The notes under the pieces were generated by a model, which saw only the letters and a list, made by a program, of their open reading frames with translations, ran no database searches and was not told the origin of the DNA. DNA of 64,000 bases, taken from Aureliella sp. Lineage in GTDB: Bacteria; Planctomycetota; Planctomycetia; Pirellulales; Pirellulaceae. A program made the translations under genes and the position numbers. Numbering within the stretch: position 1 is the stretch's first letter; every line of letters begins with the position of its first letter. The DNA lies in the NCBI GenBank assembly GCA_963691875.1, contig OY829846.1, positions 3,648,001 to 3,712,000 on the forward strand. Reading direction: 5' to 3'. Shown piece after piece: positions 10,299 through 18,718 of this stretch.

Positions 10299-12038
10299 TC
10301 ACCGCCCGTCTCGGTTGGAAAGCCACAGGCACTGATACGGGGCAACTTCAATCTGTTGCGAAAGATCCTCAAACCGCCGATCCGTCAACAGATCCCACCA
10401 AGCGTCGATACTGATCAGATTCAGATCAGCCAGTCGCAAAGGCTGTGGCCGATTGGTCAGATTGTGAATCGCAAAAATACTTTGATCCCGATCGCGACTC
10501 TGGCGCCAAAATGCAAAGAACTCGTCGTTTAACTGCAATGTAAACTGCGTCGCGTTGGGGTGAAAGGCTGGCTGCCGAGAACGAATGCCGATGCGTCGTA
10601 ACATCTCTTTGAGTACCACCGACTGCGTGCTTGAGCTGTCGGCAAGCTTCTCATCCAACTTGTCGGCGTCCCAGCGATGGCGATTGATGGAGCGATTTCG
10701 ACCCGTCACTCTCACCCCGGCATAGTCATTGGGCGTCGCCATCAGGCTGTGGATGTAAAACGCAGGAATGCCTTCAACACCCATCATCACCGTTTGCGAA
10801 CACAGGAAACGATCGACCTGGAATTCGTCTTCGCCTGCCACTGTTCCTTTAAGAGCATCGAACAGAGCGACATTGACCTCGTAAACACGTTCCGTTCCAT
10901 CTGGAGCTTGACGAGCCGAGAGCATTCCGCCGAATTGCCGCATGGTTTCCACCATCTCCAGCTGTTCTTGATTACTCAGCAACCCTTCTGCCGGACGCAT
11001 TCCGATTCCATCGTGGGAAGCAGTAAAGTTGAGATAGTAGCAGCCTTCGGGCGAAGGCGGCATGCTCATCATCCATTGCTTTAAGTGCCGTGACTGCCCT
11101 GTGATCAACGCATGAACCAGAAGTGGTGGCAAACTAAAGTTGTAAATTGCGTGGGCTTCGTTGCGATTTCCGAAGTAGGTCAGATTCTCCTGATTCGGCA
11201 CATTCGTCTCAGTAATCAGCTGCGTACCTGGAGCCAAGTAGTCGCAAACATTACGAATTAGGCGGACGACTTCATGTGTTTCCGGCAAGTGAATGCAACT
11301 GGTTCCGGTTCGCTTCCACAAGAAACCAATCGCGTCCAACCTTAGAATCCGAGCACCACGTCGCAAATAGTAGGCGATGATCTTCAGGTACTCGATGAGC
11401 ACTTCTGGATTGGCGAAGTTGACGTCGATCTGGTCATGGCTGAAGGTACACCAGACTTGCTTCATTCCATGCGTCGTATCTGTTGGGCGCAATAACGGAG
11501 TGACTCTGGGTCGAACTACTTGACTCAAGTCATCATCCATCGACGCCTCGATGAAATAGCCAAAACGTTGACCGTGACAATACTCGTAGAACCAACGACT
11601 CTGCGACGAAATGTGGTTGATGACCAAATCCACCATCAACGTGTAGTCTTCGGCGATATCTTCAATATCGTCCCAAGTCCCCAGATCGTCTCGGACTTGC
11701 AAGTAGTCGATAACCGAGAACCCGTCATCGGAACTAAACGGATAGAACGGCAGGATATGCACGCACGGAATTTGCTGCAGACAGTGATCATCCAAGAATC
11801 GCTTGAGATTCTGCAGTGGCAAGCGATCACCACCAACGATGGAATCGCCATAGCTGATCAGCAGGCAATCCACTTCGTTCAGTGATGTTGCGTCATCGGA
11901 CTGCGAAATCTCCTCCGCAGCTTCTGGTGGGCCAATCTCTTCAATAATGCGACCGGCAAGGTCCTCCGAGCTGACATCGGGATAGAGCAACTGAAGGTGA
12001 GCTTGGAGTTGGCTTAGTATGAGATTCGAATCGGTCAC
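10299..12038 (-). CDS. GH13_18 sugar phosphorylase, probably glucosylglycerate phosphorylase (YcjM-like)
   Basis: HILPFYPFSSDDGFSVIDY, DLVINH, WCTFSHDQIDVNF, RLDAIGFLWK, ITETNVP, ASHDGIG, YEVN. Start placed at GTG 12038; the ORF track extends to 12077. Confidence 0.85.
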   Translation of the reverse strand: MTDSNLILSQLQAHLQLLYPDVSSEDLAGRIIEEIGPPEAAEEISQSDDATSLNEVDCLLISYGDSIVGGDRLPLQNLKRFLDDHCLQQIPCVHILPFYPFSSDDGFSVIDYLQVRDDLGTWDDIEDIAEDYTLMVDLVINHISSQSRWFYEYCHGQRFGYFIEASMDDDLSQVVRPRVTPLLRPTDTTHGMKQVWCTFSHDQIDVNFANPEVLIEYLKIIAYYLRRGARILRLDAIGFLWKRTGTSCIHLPETHEVVRLIRNVCDYLAPGTQLITETNVPNQENLTYFGNRNEAHAIYNFSLPPLLVHALITGQSRHLKQWMMSMPPSPEGCYYLNFTASHDGIGMRPAEGLLSNQEQLEMVETMRQFGGMLSARQAPDGTERVYEVNVALFDALKGTVAGEDEFQVDRFLCSQTVMMGVEGIPAFYIHSLMATPNDYAGVRVTGRNRSINRHRWDADKLDEKLADSSSTQSVVLKEMLRRIGIRSRQPAFHPNATQFTLQLNDEFFAFWRQSRDRDQSIFAIHNLTNRPQPLRLADLNLISIDAWWDLLTDRRFEDLSQQIEVAPYQCLWLSNRDGR

Positions 12039-12170
12039 AACGTAAGAAATGGCAAAGAGAAATCCTTCGATCCCCATGCGAATCGGGGATAGCTATGCGA
12101 CAGTGTCCGCCAACACGTCGTCAGAGGGTCAGCCAAGATTCACTCGGCAAGCACTCATCAACTCATATTT

Positions 12171-12204
12171 GCATCTCGCTGGCTTGGCGCCTAGTGCGAG
12201 ATGC
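12171..12204. repeat. Intergenic GC-rich inverted repeat (REP-like hairpin)
   Basis: GCATCTCGC (12171-12179) pairs perfectly with GCGAGATGC (12196-12204), between nadB and the phosphorylase gene. Confidence 0.5.
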
Positions 12205-12345
12205 CAGGAACGCGACGGGTAGCCGAGGTCGTCAAGTCCTTTGGCATAGATTCTGGTGAGCCGCATTGCCGCAAGACACCGTGCTTTCGACGCTCAGCTC
12301 AGGTCGACGCAGCCCGACCGCTCAAGCGATCAAGGCACATGCAAA

Positions 12346-13995
12346 TCAGCTGCCGGCTTGCGCCGCGGACTGGAACTGATAACCAAGATGCATGCGCCAG
12401 GCCTCGTTGTCTTTCGCAGGATAGTCCGAGCGCATGTGAACGCCTCGCGACTCGCAGCGCTCCATGGCTCCTTGAGCCATGAGATGGGAAACGGTAAGTA
12501 GATTTTGGAGCTCCCAGCCCTCGGGCATGTCAAAACGGTGCGGCAGGACATAGCGGGCATAACTCCGAATACCACCGAGTGCTTCTTGCAAGCGCTCGCG
12601 TTCTCGCCGCACGCCAACTTGCCGCCACATCAAGCTTTGGACGGCGTTACGAATGTCCCCCACATCCAGCTGCACGCCGCGTTGCGAACAGCCTTGATGC
12701 TCGAAAGCCAGAGCGCGGTAGTCGTTTGCTGAGTCCAATGCCTCACACGCTGCCACTTCGCCGGTCCTCGCCCCGTACACGAGACCTTCCAGCAAACTAT
12801 TCGAGGCCAAGCGATTGGCGCCATGCAGTCCCGAACTGGTAACTTCTCCGGCGGCCCACAATCCATCGAGCGAGGTTCGTCCGTCAAGATCGACTTCAAC
12901 TCCACCAATCATATAGTGAGCGCCTGGACGCACCGGAATCGGATCCCGGCTTGGATCGAGGCCAAACTTGGCACAGGCGGCAGTGAAGCCTGGAAAGCCC
13001 TCGTGTACTTTCGCTGCATCCATGTGACGCAGCGAAAGATAAACACAGTGGTGCTTCGTTTTCTCCATCTGCTCGACAATGGATTGGCTTACTACATCGC
13101 GCGGAGCCAACTCCATTCGCTCGTCGTAGTCTTCCATGAAGCGATAGTTCTCGCAGTCCACCAATTGAGCGCCGGCGCCTCGAATTGCTTCTGTAACCAG
13201 CGTTCGCGAGCTACCGGCAATGTAAAGCACGGTGGGGTGGAATTGCATGAACTCCATATCACGCAGTCGAGCCCCCGCCCGAAATGCAATCGCATGACCA
13301 TCACCAGTAGCGACGCGCGGGTTTGTCGTTTCGCGGTAAACTTGACCGCAACCACCGGTACACAGAATAGTTTGCTTGGCCCAAACAAGCATCGGAGGTT
13401 CACCTGCTCGAGAAATGATCGCTCCATAACAGCGCTGCTGGTCTGAAAGTAGATCAATCGTAAAGGCGCGCTCCCAGATTTGAATATTTGGCTGTGCGCG
13501 TGTCTTCTCGATGACGGCTCGCATGATTTCCTTGCCGGTAGCGTCGCCTAGAGCATGGATGATGCGCTCGTGAGAGTGACCGCCTTCTCGCCCAAGAATC
13601 AGTTCGCCTTCGCGCTTGTCGAACTGAGCGCCCCAACGCATGAGTTCCTCGACACGCTGCGGAGCTTCACGAACGACCATGTCGACCACGTCATCGTGAC
13701 ACAAGTCACCGCCAACTTTCATCGTGTCCTGCACATGGTCCTCGAAGCAATCTTCGGGATCCCACACGCTGGCGATGCCCCCTTGGGCGTAGTTGCTGTT
13801 GCTCTCGCGAATCTCGTCTTTGGTGACAACAATCGCATGCGCATCCGAAGCTGCATTGGCCGCCCGCAATCCAGCTAATCCACCACCAATAATGAGCAAA
13901 TCGGTAAAATAGTGGGGGACTCGCTTCGGGTGAAAGTCAATCAAATAGCGAGGAGACTCGGGACCATGCAAGGTTGTCTTGTAATCAATGGCCAT
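12346..13995 (-). CDS. nadB: L-aspartate oxidase
   Basis: IIGGGLAG, SNYAQGGIA, REGGHS..RIIHA, EFMQFHPT, LAPRDVVS, AHYMIGG, GLHGANRLASNSLLE and ESRGVH. Confidence 0.95.
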   Translation of the reverse strand: MAIDYKTTLHGPESPRYLIDFHPKRVPHYFTDLLIIGGGLAGLRAANAASDAHAIVVTKDEIRESNSNYAQGGIASVWDPEDCFEDHVQDTMKVGGDLCHDDVVDMVVREAPQRVEELMRWGAQFDKREGELILGREGGHSHERIIHALGDATGKEIMRAVIEKTRAQPNIQIWERAFTIDLLSDQQRCYGAIISRAGEPPMLVWAKQTILCTGGCGQVYRETTNPRVATGDGHAIAFRAGARLRDMEFMQFHPTVLYIAGSSRTLVTEAIRGAGAQLVDCENYRFMEDYDERMELAPRDVVSQSIVEQMEKTKHHCVYLSLRHMDAAKVHEGFPGFTAACAKFGLDPSRDPIPVRPGAHYMIGGVEVDLDGRTSLDGLWAAGEVTSSGLHGANRLASNSLLEGLVYGARTGEVAACEALDSANDYRALAFEHQGCSQRGVQLDVGDIRNAVQSLMWRQVGVRRERERLQEALGGIRSYARYVLPHRFDMPEGWELQNLLTVSHLMAQGAMERCESRGVHMRSDYPAKDNEAWRMHLGYQFQSAAQAGS

Positions 13996-14063
13996 GCTCG
14001 CCCCGATACAATGGACCGCTCACAGACTACCGCCAAGCCGCGCAGCGTCTGTTGGTTAAGTGC

Positions 14064-15206
14064 CTAAGCAGTCTGAAGATTCGCCTGGATCAACTCTTGG
14101 AACTGCTGGAAAAGATAACGACTGTCATGCGGTCCCGCTGAAGCTTCAGGGTGATACTGCACGCTGAATGCGGGTGCAGAATTATGTTTCACGCCTGCGA
14201 TGGTATCATCGTTCAGGTTTCGATGAGTGATCGTAAGGCAGTCAGGAAGAGTTTTTTCCTCGACAGCAAAACCATGATTCTGCGAACTGATCTCGATCTT
14301 CCCAGACTCAAGATTGTGAACTGGCTGATTGCTGCCGCGATGACCGAACTTGAGTTTGAACGTCTTCGCCCCAGCGGCCAAGCTTAGCAGTTGATGGCCA
14401 AGGCAGATTCCGAAAATCGGGCGTTTGCCGATCAGTTCCCGAATAGTCTCGATTGCATACTCTAGTGGCTCTGGATCTCCGGGACCGTTTGATAGGAAGA
14501 TCCCATCGGGCTCGAGAGCGAGCACCTCTTCGGCAGAGGCCGTTCCAGGCAGAATCGTCACTCGGTTACCTTGATCAAAAAGATGCCTCGCGATATTCCA
14601 CTTCATTCCAAAATCGAGGCAAACTACGTGAGTACCTGATTCGGCGCGTTCGCCACGTGTTTCCTCTTCTAGCTCCCAGAGTCGCTCGTTCCACTGACGA
14701 ACCTTCTCCGGAATGACTTCACGAACCAAATCGCGACCAACGAGGCTGTCACTACTCTTTGCCTTCTCGATCAACGAAGCTTCGTCGAGATCAGCCGTCG
14801 AAATAACACCTTTCATTGCTCCGTGGCTACGGATATGACGAACAAGTGCCCGTGTGTCGATGCCAGCCAGAGCGACGATACTGTGCTTTTGTAGATATTC
14901 GGTAAAGTCGCACTCAGACCGAAAGTTGCTGGCGATGCGACTATCGTTTCGGACGATAAAACCTGCGACCTGCGGATGGTCACTCTCGATGTCTTCCTGA
15001 TTGGTTCCGTAGTTGCCAATCTCGGTGTAAGTCATCGTCACAACTTGACCACAGTAACTGGGGTCGGTCAGGATTTCTTGATAGCCTGTCATCGAAGTGT
15101 TGAAGACAACTTCACCTGAAGTCTCGCCCTCGGCACCCACTGAGTAACCTCGAAATACAGCTCCATCTTCCAACGCAAGAATGGCCGGTTTCGCCGCTTT
15201 CATCAA
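14064..15206 (-). CDS. carA: Carbamoyl-phosphate synthase small subunit
   Basis: GEVVFNTSMTGYQEILTDPSY, LSNGPGDP, GICLGHQ, KFGHRG.N.PV, SQNHGFAV and QYHPEASAGPHD. Confidence 0.97.
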   Translation of the reverse strand: MMKAAKPAILALEDGAVFRGYSVGAEGETSGEVVFNTSMTGYQEILTDPSYCGQVVTMTYTEIGNYGTNQEDIESDHPQVAGFIVRNDSRIASNFRSECDFTEYLQKHSIVALAGIDTRALVRHIRSHGAMKGVISTADLDEASLIEKAKSSDSLVGRDLVREVIPEKVRQWNERLWELEEETRGERAESGTHVVCLDFGMKWNIARHLFDQGNRVTILPGTASAEEVLALEPDGIFLSNGPGDPEPLEYAIETIRELIGKRPIFGICLGHQLLSLAAGAKTFKLKFGHRGSNQPVHNLESGKIEISSQNHGFAVEEKTLPDCLTITHRNLNDDTIAGVKHNSAPAFSVQYHPEASAGPHDSRYLFQQFQELIQANLQTA

Positions 15207-15270
15207 CTTTTCCTAGACGGTCCGCAGTTACAAATCGAAAGTACCTCGTAGGTACAAATTGCGGCTATTG

Positions 15271-15330
15271 TACGCGCACGAGCCCCAAAGCGGTAGGGCT
15301 ACGCGCGAGCCCCAAAGCGGAAGGGCTCGC
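15271..15330. repeat. Tandem duplication of a 27-29 bp hairpin-forming unit upstream of carA
   Basis: TACGCGCACGAGCCCCAAAGCGGTAGGGC is followed directly by TACGCGCGAGCCCCAAAGCGGAAGGGC(TCGC). The second copy forms a GCGAGCCC/GGGCTCGC stem. Confidence 0.7.
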
Positions 15331-15364
15331 TCGGCAAAAGCAACTAGCTAAGAGAGCGAAACTT

Positions 15365-15586
15365 TTACTTTAAAGTTTCGTCTTCCAACGACGCAAATTC
15401 ACCTTCTGTCGCCTCGCCCAATCCAGCATCAGCAACTGGTTCTGCCATGCCCGCGTCGAGTGGCTGAGGTTGCATGCCGGTCATTGCCTTCTTGCGAGCC
15501 GAAGATTCGCGCACGGCGGCAACGGTCATCGCGATGATCAAAACGAGCATGACGCCGAGCCAGGTGAAAACCCATAAGTCATTCAT
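15365..15586 (-). CDS. Small single-pass membrane protein
   Basis: N-terminal hydrophobic helix (LWVFTWLGVMLVLIIAMTVAAV) followed by a basic patch and an acidic tail. Same strand as, and upstream of, carA. Confidence 0.6.
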   Translation of the reverse strand: MNDLWVFTWLGVMLVLIIAMTVAAVRESSARKKAMTGMQPQPLDAGMAEPVADAGLGEATEGEFASLEDETLK

Positions 15587-15788
15587 CTTTGATTTCCATT
15601 TGCACAAAGGGTTTGGGCACGAATAAGCTTAAAGACTAGTTCGTCAGCCCAGGTGTCGTCAAGTTTTCGCCCCGAGACTGCAGGAAACTCTTACAGCCTT
15701 CCATGCGACCAGCGGTGGAATCCCTGCTCAGGCAACTATACTATGTCTTGAAAACCTCTCCTGCAGCCAATTGGGCCACACTGAACCG

Positions 15789-16190
15789 ATGAATTCTTGC
15801 CGGCAACTACGTACTATTTTGTATCTCGCTGCATTCATCGCTTGCACATGGGCCTGCGACCCCGCAGCGGCTCAAGACGCCAGCGGCGTCTGGAAAGGTA
15901 AATGGACTGAGGCCAGACCGAGTGGCCAACGTGAATTCACGGGCTCGCTGCGGATCAAGCTGCAGAAGACGGGCTCCAACACTTATCGAGGCAATTTCTC
16001 CGGACGCTTCGCAATCGTTATTCCGTACTTTTACCGAGCCGACGTCGTACAGTACGGAAACACTTTGTACTCCAGCAAGAAACTCGGACCCTTGGGCGAG
16101 TATAGAATGCAGCTCCGCATTGGTTCTACTTCGCTCAACGGCGGCTGGAACACCGCAAAGCACCATGGCAGCATCCGCGTCCGCCGCTAG
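15789..16190 (+). CDS. Hypothetical secreted protein
   Basis: Signal peptide ending AAA-QD, then beta-rich GVWKGKW...YRGNFSGRFAIVIPYFY. Confidence 0.6.
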   Translation: MNSCRQLRTILYLAAFIACTWACDPAAAQDASGVWKGKWTEARPSGQREFTGSLRIKLQKTGSNTYRGNFSGRFAIVIPYFYRADVVQYGNTLYSSKKLGPLGEYRMQLRIGSTSLNGGWNTAKHHGSIRVRR

Positions 16191-16288
16191 GCAGGTGATC
16201 TTGCTAGTTGGCCTGCCAGCTGCAAGCTAACCAAAGCAAGAGAACGCCAACGGATGGTCATTAAACGGTTCGGAGCACCACAGACTCG

Positions 16289-18391
16289 CTAAACGAAGTC
16301 CGGCTCGAAAACTGGCTCAGCGTCATCGCGAACCGTCTCCCAACGCATCTTGGTCTCGGGTAAGCCATTGAGAAACAAATGCCCGTAGCGTTTCGTCTTA
16401 ATCCGCGAATCCAAGATAACGACGATGCCTGAATCGTAGGCTGTACGGATCAAGCGCCCGAACCCCTGGCGCAACTTGATCACCGCCTCGGGCACCTGAT
16501 AATCCATAAACGGATTGCCGCCTGCATTGCGTATCGCATCCAAGCGAGCTTGAAGCAGCGGATGATCGGGTACGCTGAAAGGCAGCTTGGTGATAATCAC
16601 ATTCTGCAGGGCATCGCCTGGAACATCAACACCTTGCCAAAAGCTATCGGTACCGAACAAAGCGCTACGCGGGTTCTTGCGGAACTTCTCAAGCAACTGC
16701 CCCCGAGGCATCCCATCCGCTTGACTGTACAGAGTCATTTCTTGTTCGACGAACCAAGAATGCATCTGCTTGGCAACAGCCCGCAGCGAACCGTAACTAG
16801 TAAAAAGCACGAACGCTCTACCGTCTGTACGAAGCAGATAACGCTTAATCATCTCAGGAAGCAACTTGTCGTACTCTTGTCGCTGTGAGGAAGGATCTGG
16901 CATATCTGGCACGACGACTAGCTCGGCTTGGTCCTGATAATTGAAAGGGCTGCCGAGCTGCTTGGTCAGACTGCCCGCTGCACCGACACGCGATTGAAAG
17001 AACTCGAAACCGCCTTCTCGCCCCGTCGATACCGTCGCACTGGTCATGATCACGCTTGGGACTTGCTGGAATAGCATCTCGCGCATGCGACCGGAGATAT
17101 CGATTGGTGCCGCATGCATTTCCATTCTGGTGGTCCCGCGCCGCGTGTTAACCCGCTCCAACCAATAAACGTAGTCTTCTTCTTCCTGCCGCAGCCAGCT
17201 GCGAATGTGATTGCTCAATGATTCCAGCCGTCCAGCTGCAGACATAAAGTCTTGACGCCGCGACGCGTCCTCGGCAGTATCGCCTAGCTCCGAGAGTTTT
17301 TCTTTTAGCTTGGCTAACAGCTCCGAAACCAAATTTGGCACCACGTCCTTCTTCGTCACACGTTTGTTTGCGACGCCAGGTCCCATGTGCTCGTCGAGAT
17401 CAAAGGCCATCGTATCAATCCCACGATGCGCCTTGGCAACCATTTCCGAAAAGCGATCCAAACCAAGTGCGGGGAACAGCCCTTTTCCGGTGTGAGGATT
17501 GTAAAGCTTGTTGAGCGTGTATTCAACTTGGCTGTTGGTGATCTTGATTCCAAGGTGCGAGCTTGCCACCGATTCGATCGTATGACATTCGTCGAGAATC
17601 GCGGCCGAGTAGTCGGGAATAATGCCGAAGCCTAGTTCATCACGAATTGCCAGATCGGTGAAGAACAAGGCGTGGTTGACAACCAGGATCTGTGCACCTT
17701 GAATGCGCCTTCGGGCCATGTAATAGTAGCACTCATTGTAGGTCTTGCATTTCCGGCCCAGGCAATTGCTCGTATCGCTGGCAACTTCGTCCCACATGCT
17801 GCCGAGCGGCCGGAAGGGCAGAGAACTCAGCGAACCGTCAGGCGTTTCCTTCAGCCAGCTTTTGATTTGCTGCAGTTGGTCAAACTCGGTCTCGCCCAAC
17901 AGATTGGCCGCACGTGCCAGAGCGGTCTGATAGCGCCGCAAGCTAATGTAGTTTCCGCGCCCTTTAACCAGGACCGATGAGAATTCGCGCGGGATAACGC
18001 TATTCAGAAGCGGCAAATCTTTCTCGATCAGCTGTTCCTGTAGGCTAATGGTGTGCGTGCTGATCAAAACACTACGAACAGGTTCCTCTTCGTTATCATC
18101 CTCACTAAGCCGCTCTTCGACCTGATCAGCTGTCGCATGCAAGATAGCTGGGACTAAGTAAGCAAAACTCTTGCCAACTCCAGTACCCGCTTCGGCTACC
18201 AGATGTTTCTCTTCCCGAAGGGCCCGATGAACCGCTTCTGCCAACTCGAGCTGTTGCGGGCGCGTCTCATAGTTTTGCAGACGCCGAGCGATACTGCCCT
18301 CTGGGCCCAGAATTTGGTTAACGTCGAGCGACAAGAGCTGCGATTCCTTCGCCGGTGGAAACTTCTCAGGGGAGAGAGACGATCCAGACAC
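16289..18391 (-). CDS. DinG/YoaA-family ATP-dependent DNA helicase
   Basis: EAGTGVGKS Walker A, KGRGNY, Cys cluster CLGRKC...C, ILDECH, SAT, LFTSY, SFWQGVDVPG, KLPF and QGFGRLIR. Confidence 0.93.
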   Translation of the reverse strand: MSGSSLSPEKFPPAKESQLLSLDVNQILGPEGSIARRLQNYETRPQQLELAEAVHRALREEKHLVAEAGTGVGKSFAYLVPAILHATADQVEERLSEDDNEEEPVRSVLISTHTISLQEQLIEKDLPLLNSVIPREFSSVLVKGRGNYISLRRYQTALARAANLLGETEFDQLQQIKSWLKETPDGSLSSLPFRPLGSMWDEVASDTSNCLGRKCKTYNECYYYMARRRIQGAQILVVNHALFFTDLAIRDELGFGIIPDYSAAILDECHTIESVASSHLGIKITNSQVEYTLNKLYNPHTGKGLFPALGLDRFSEMVAKAHRGIDTMAFDLDEHMGPGVANKRVTKKDVVPNLVSELLAKLKEKLSELGDTAEDASRRQDFMSAAGRLESLSNHIRSWLRQEEEDYVYWLERVNTRRGTTRMEMHAAPIDISGRMREMLFQQVPSVIMTSATVSTGREGGFEFFQSRVGAAGSLTKQLGSPFNYQDQAELVVVPDMPDPSSQRQEYDKLLPEMIKRYLLRTDGRAFVLFTSYGSLRAVAKQMHSWFVEQEMTLYSQADGMPRGQLLEKFRKNPRSALFGTDSFWQGVDVPGDALQNVIITKLPFSVPDHPLLQARLDAIRNAGGNPFMDYQVPEAVIKLRQGFGRLIRTAYDSGIVVILDSRIKTKRYGHLFLNGLPETKMRWETVRDDAEPVFEPDFV

Positions 18392-18718
18392 TTGCCCGAT
18401 CGAAAAAGAAGGTGGCAGCGACCTGCTATCAATGCAATCGCCACGCAGACGCTAAATGTAATCTTGCTCGCATAAATCGTCAAAAGCTTCTAAGCCGACT
18501 TTCCGGTTAGCGCCCAGCCATAGGCGCTGACTGGACGCGCCTCATAGGTCACTCGAGTCTGACAACCCACACTTTTGCAGGCTATTGAATCCTGGGGAAT
18601 TCGTAACGCTCTTTCGCGTATGAAGTGCCTCACCGCCCGATTCAATTCACGCGGGCTATGGTAAGATCCCCGCTTGCTGCCCGTCCCAGATCTGAATGTT
18701 TGCATATTGGACTTAGAA

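Noticed and set aside
12823..13446. Long antisense ORFs (e.g. 12823-13446 +, 47673-48311 -, 59441-60073 -)
   Set aside because: They are shadows of well-supported genes on the opposite strand and carry no motifs of their own.
15271..15330. Mini CRISPR array
   Set aside because: Only two directly abutting units with no spacer, and no cas genes in the window.
16289..18391. DinG and UvrD helicases as parts of a defence system (type IV CRISPR, Gabija-like)
   Set aside because: Both look like housekeeping YoaA/DinG and PcrA/Rep enzymes, with no adjacent nuclease or cas genes.
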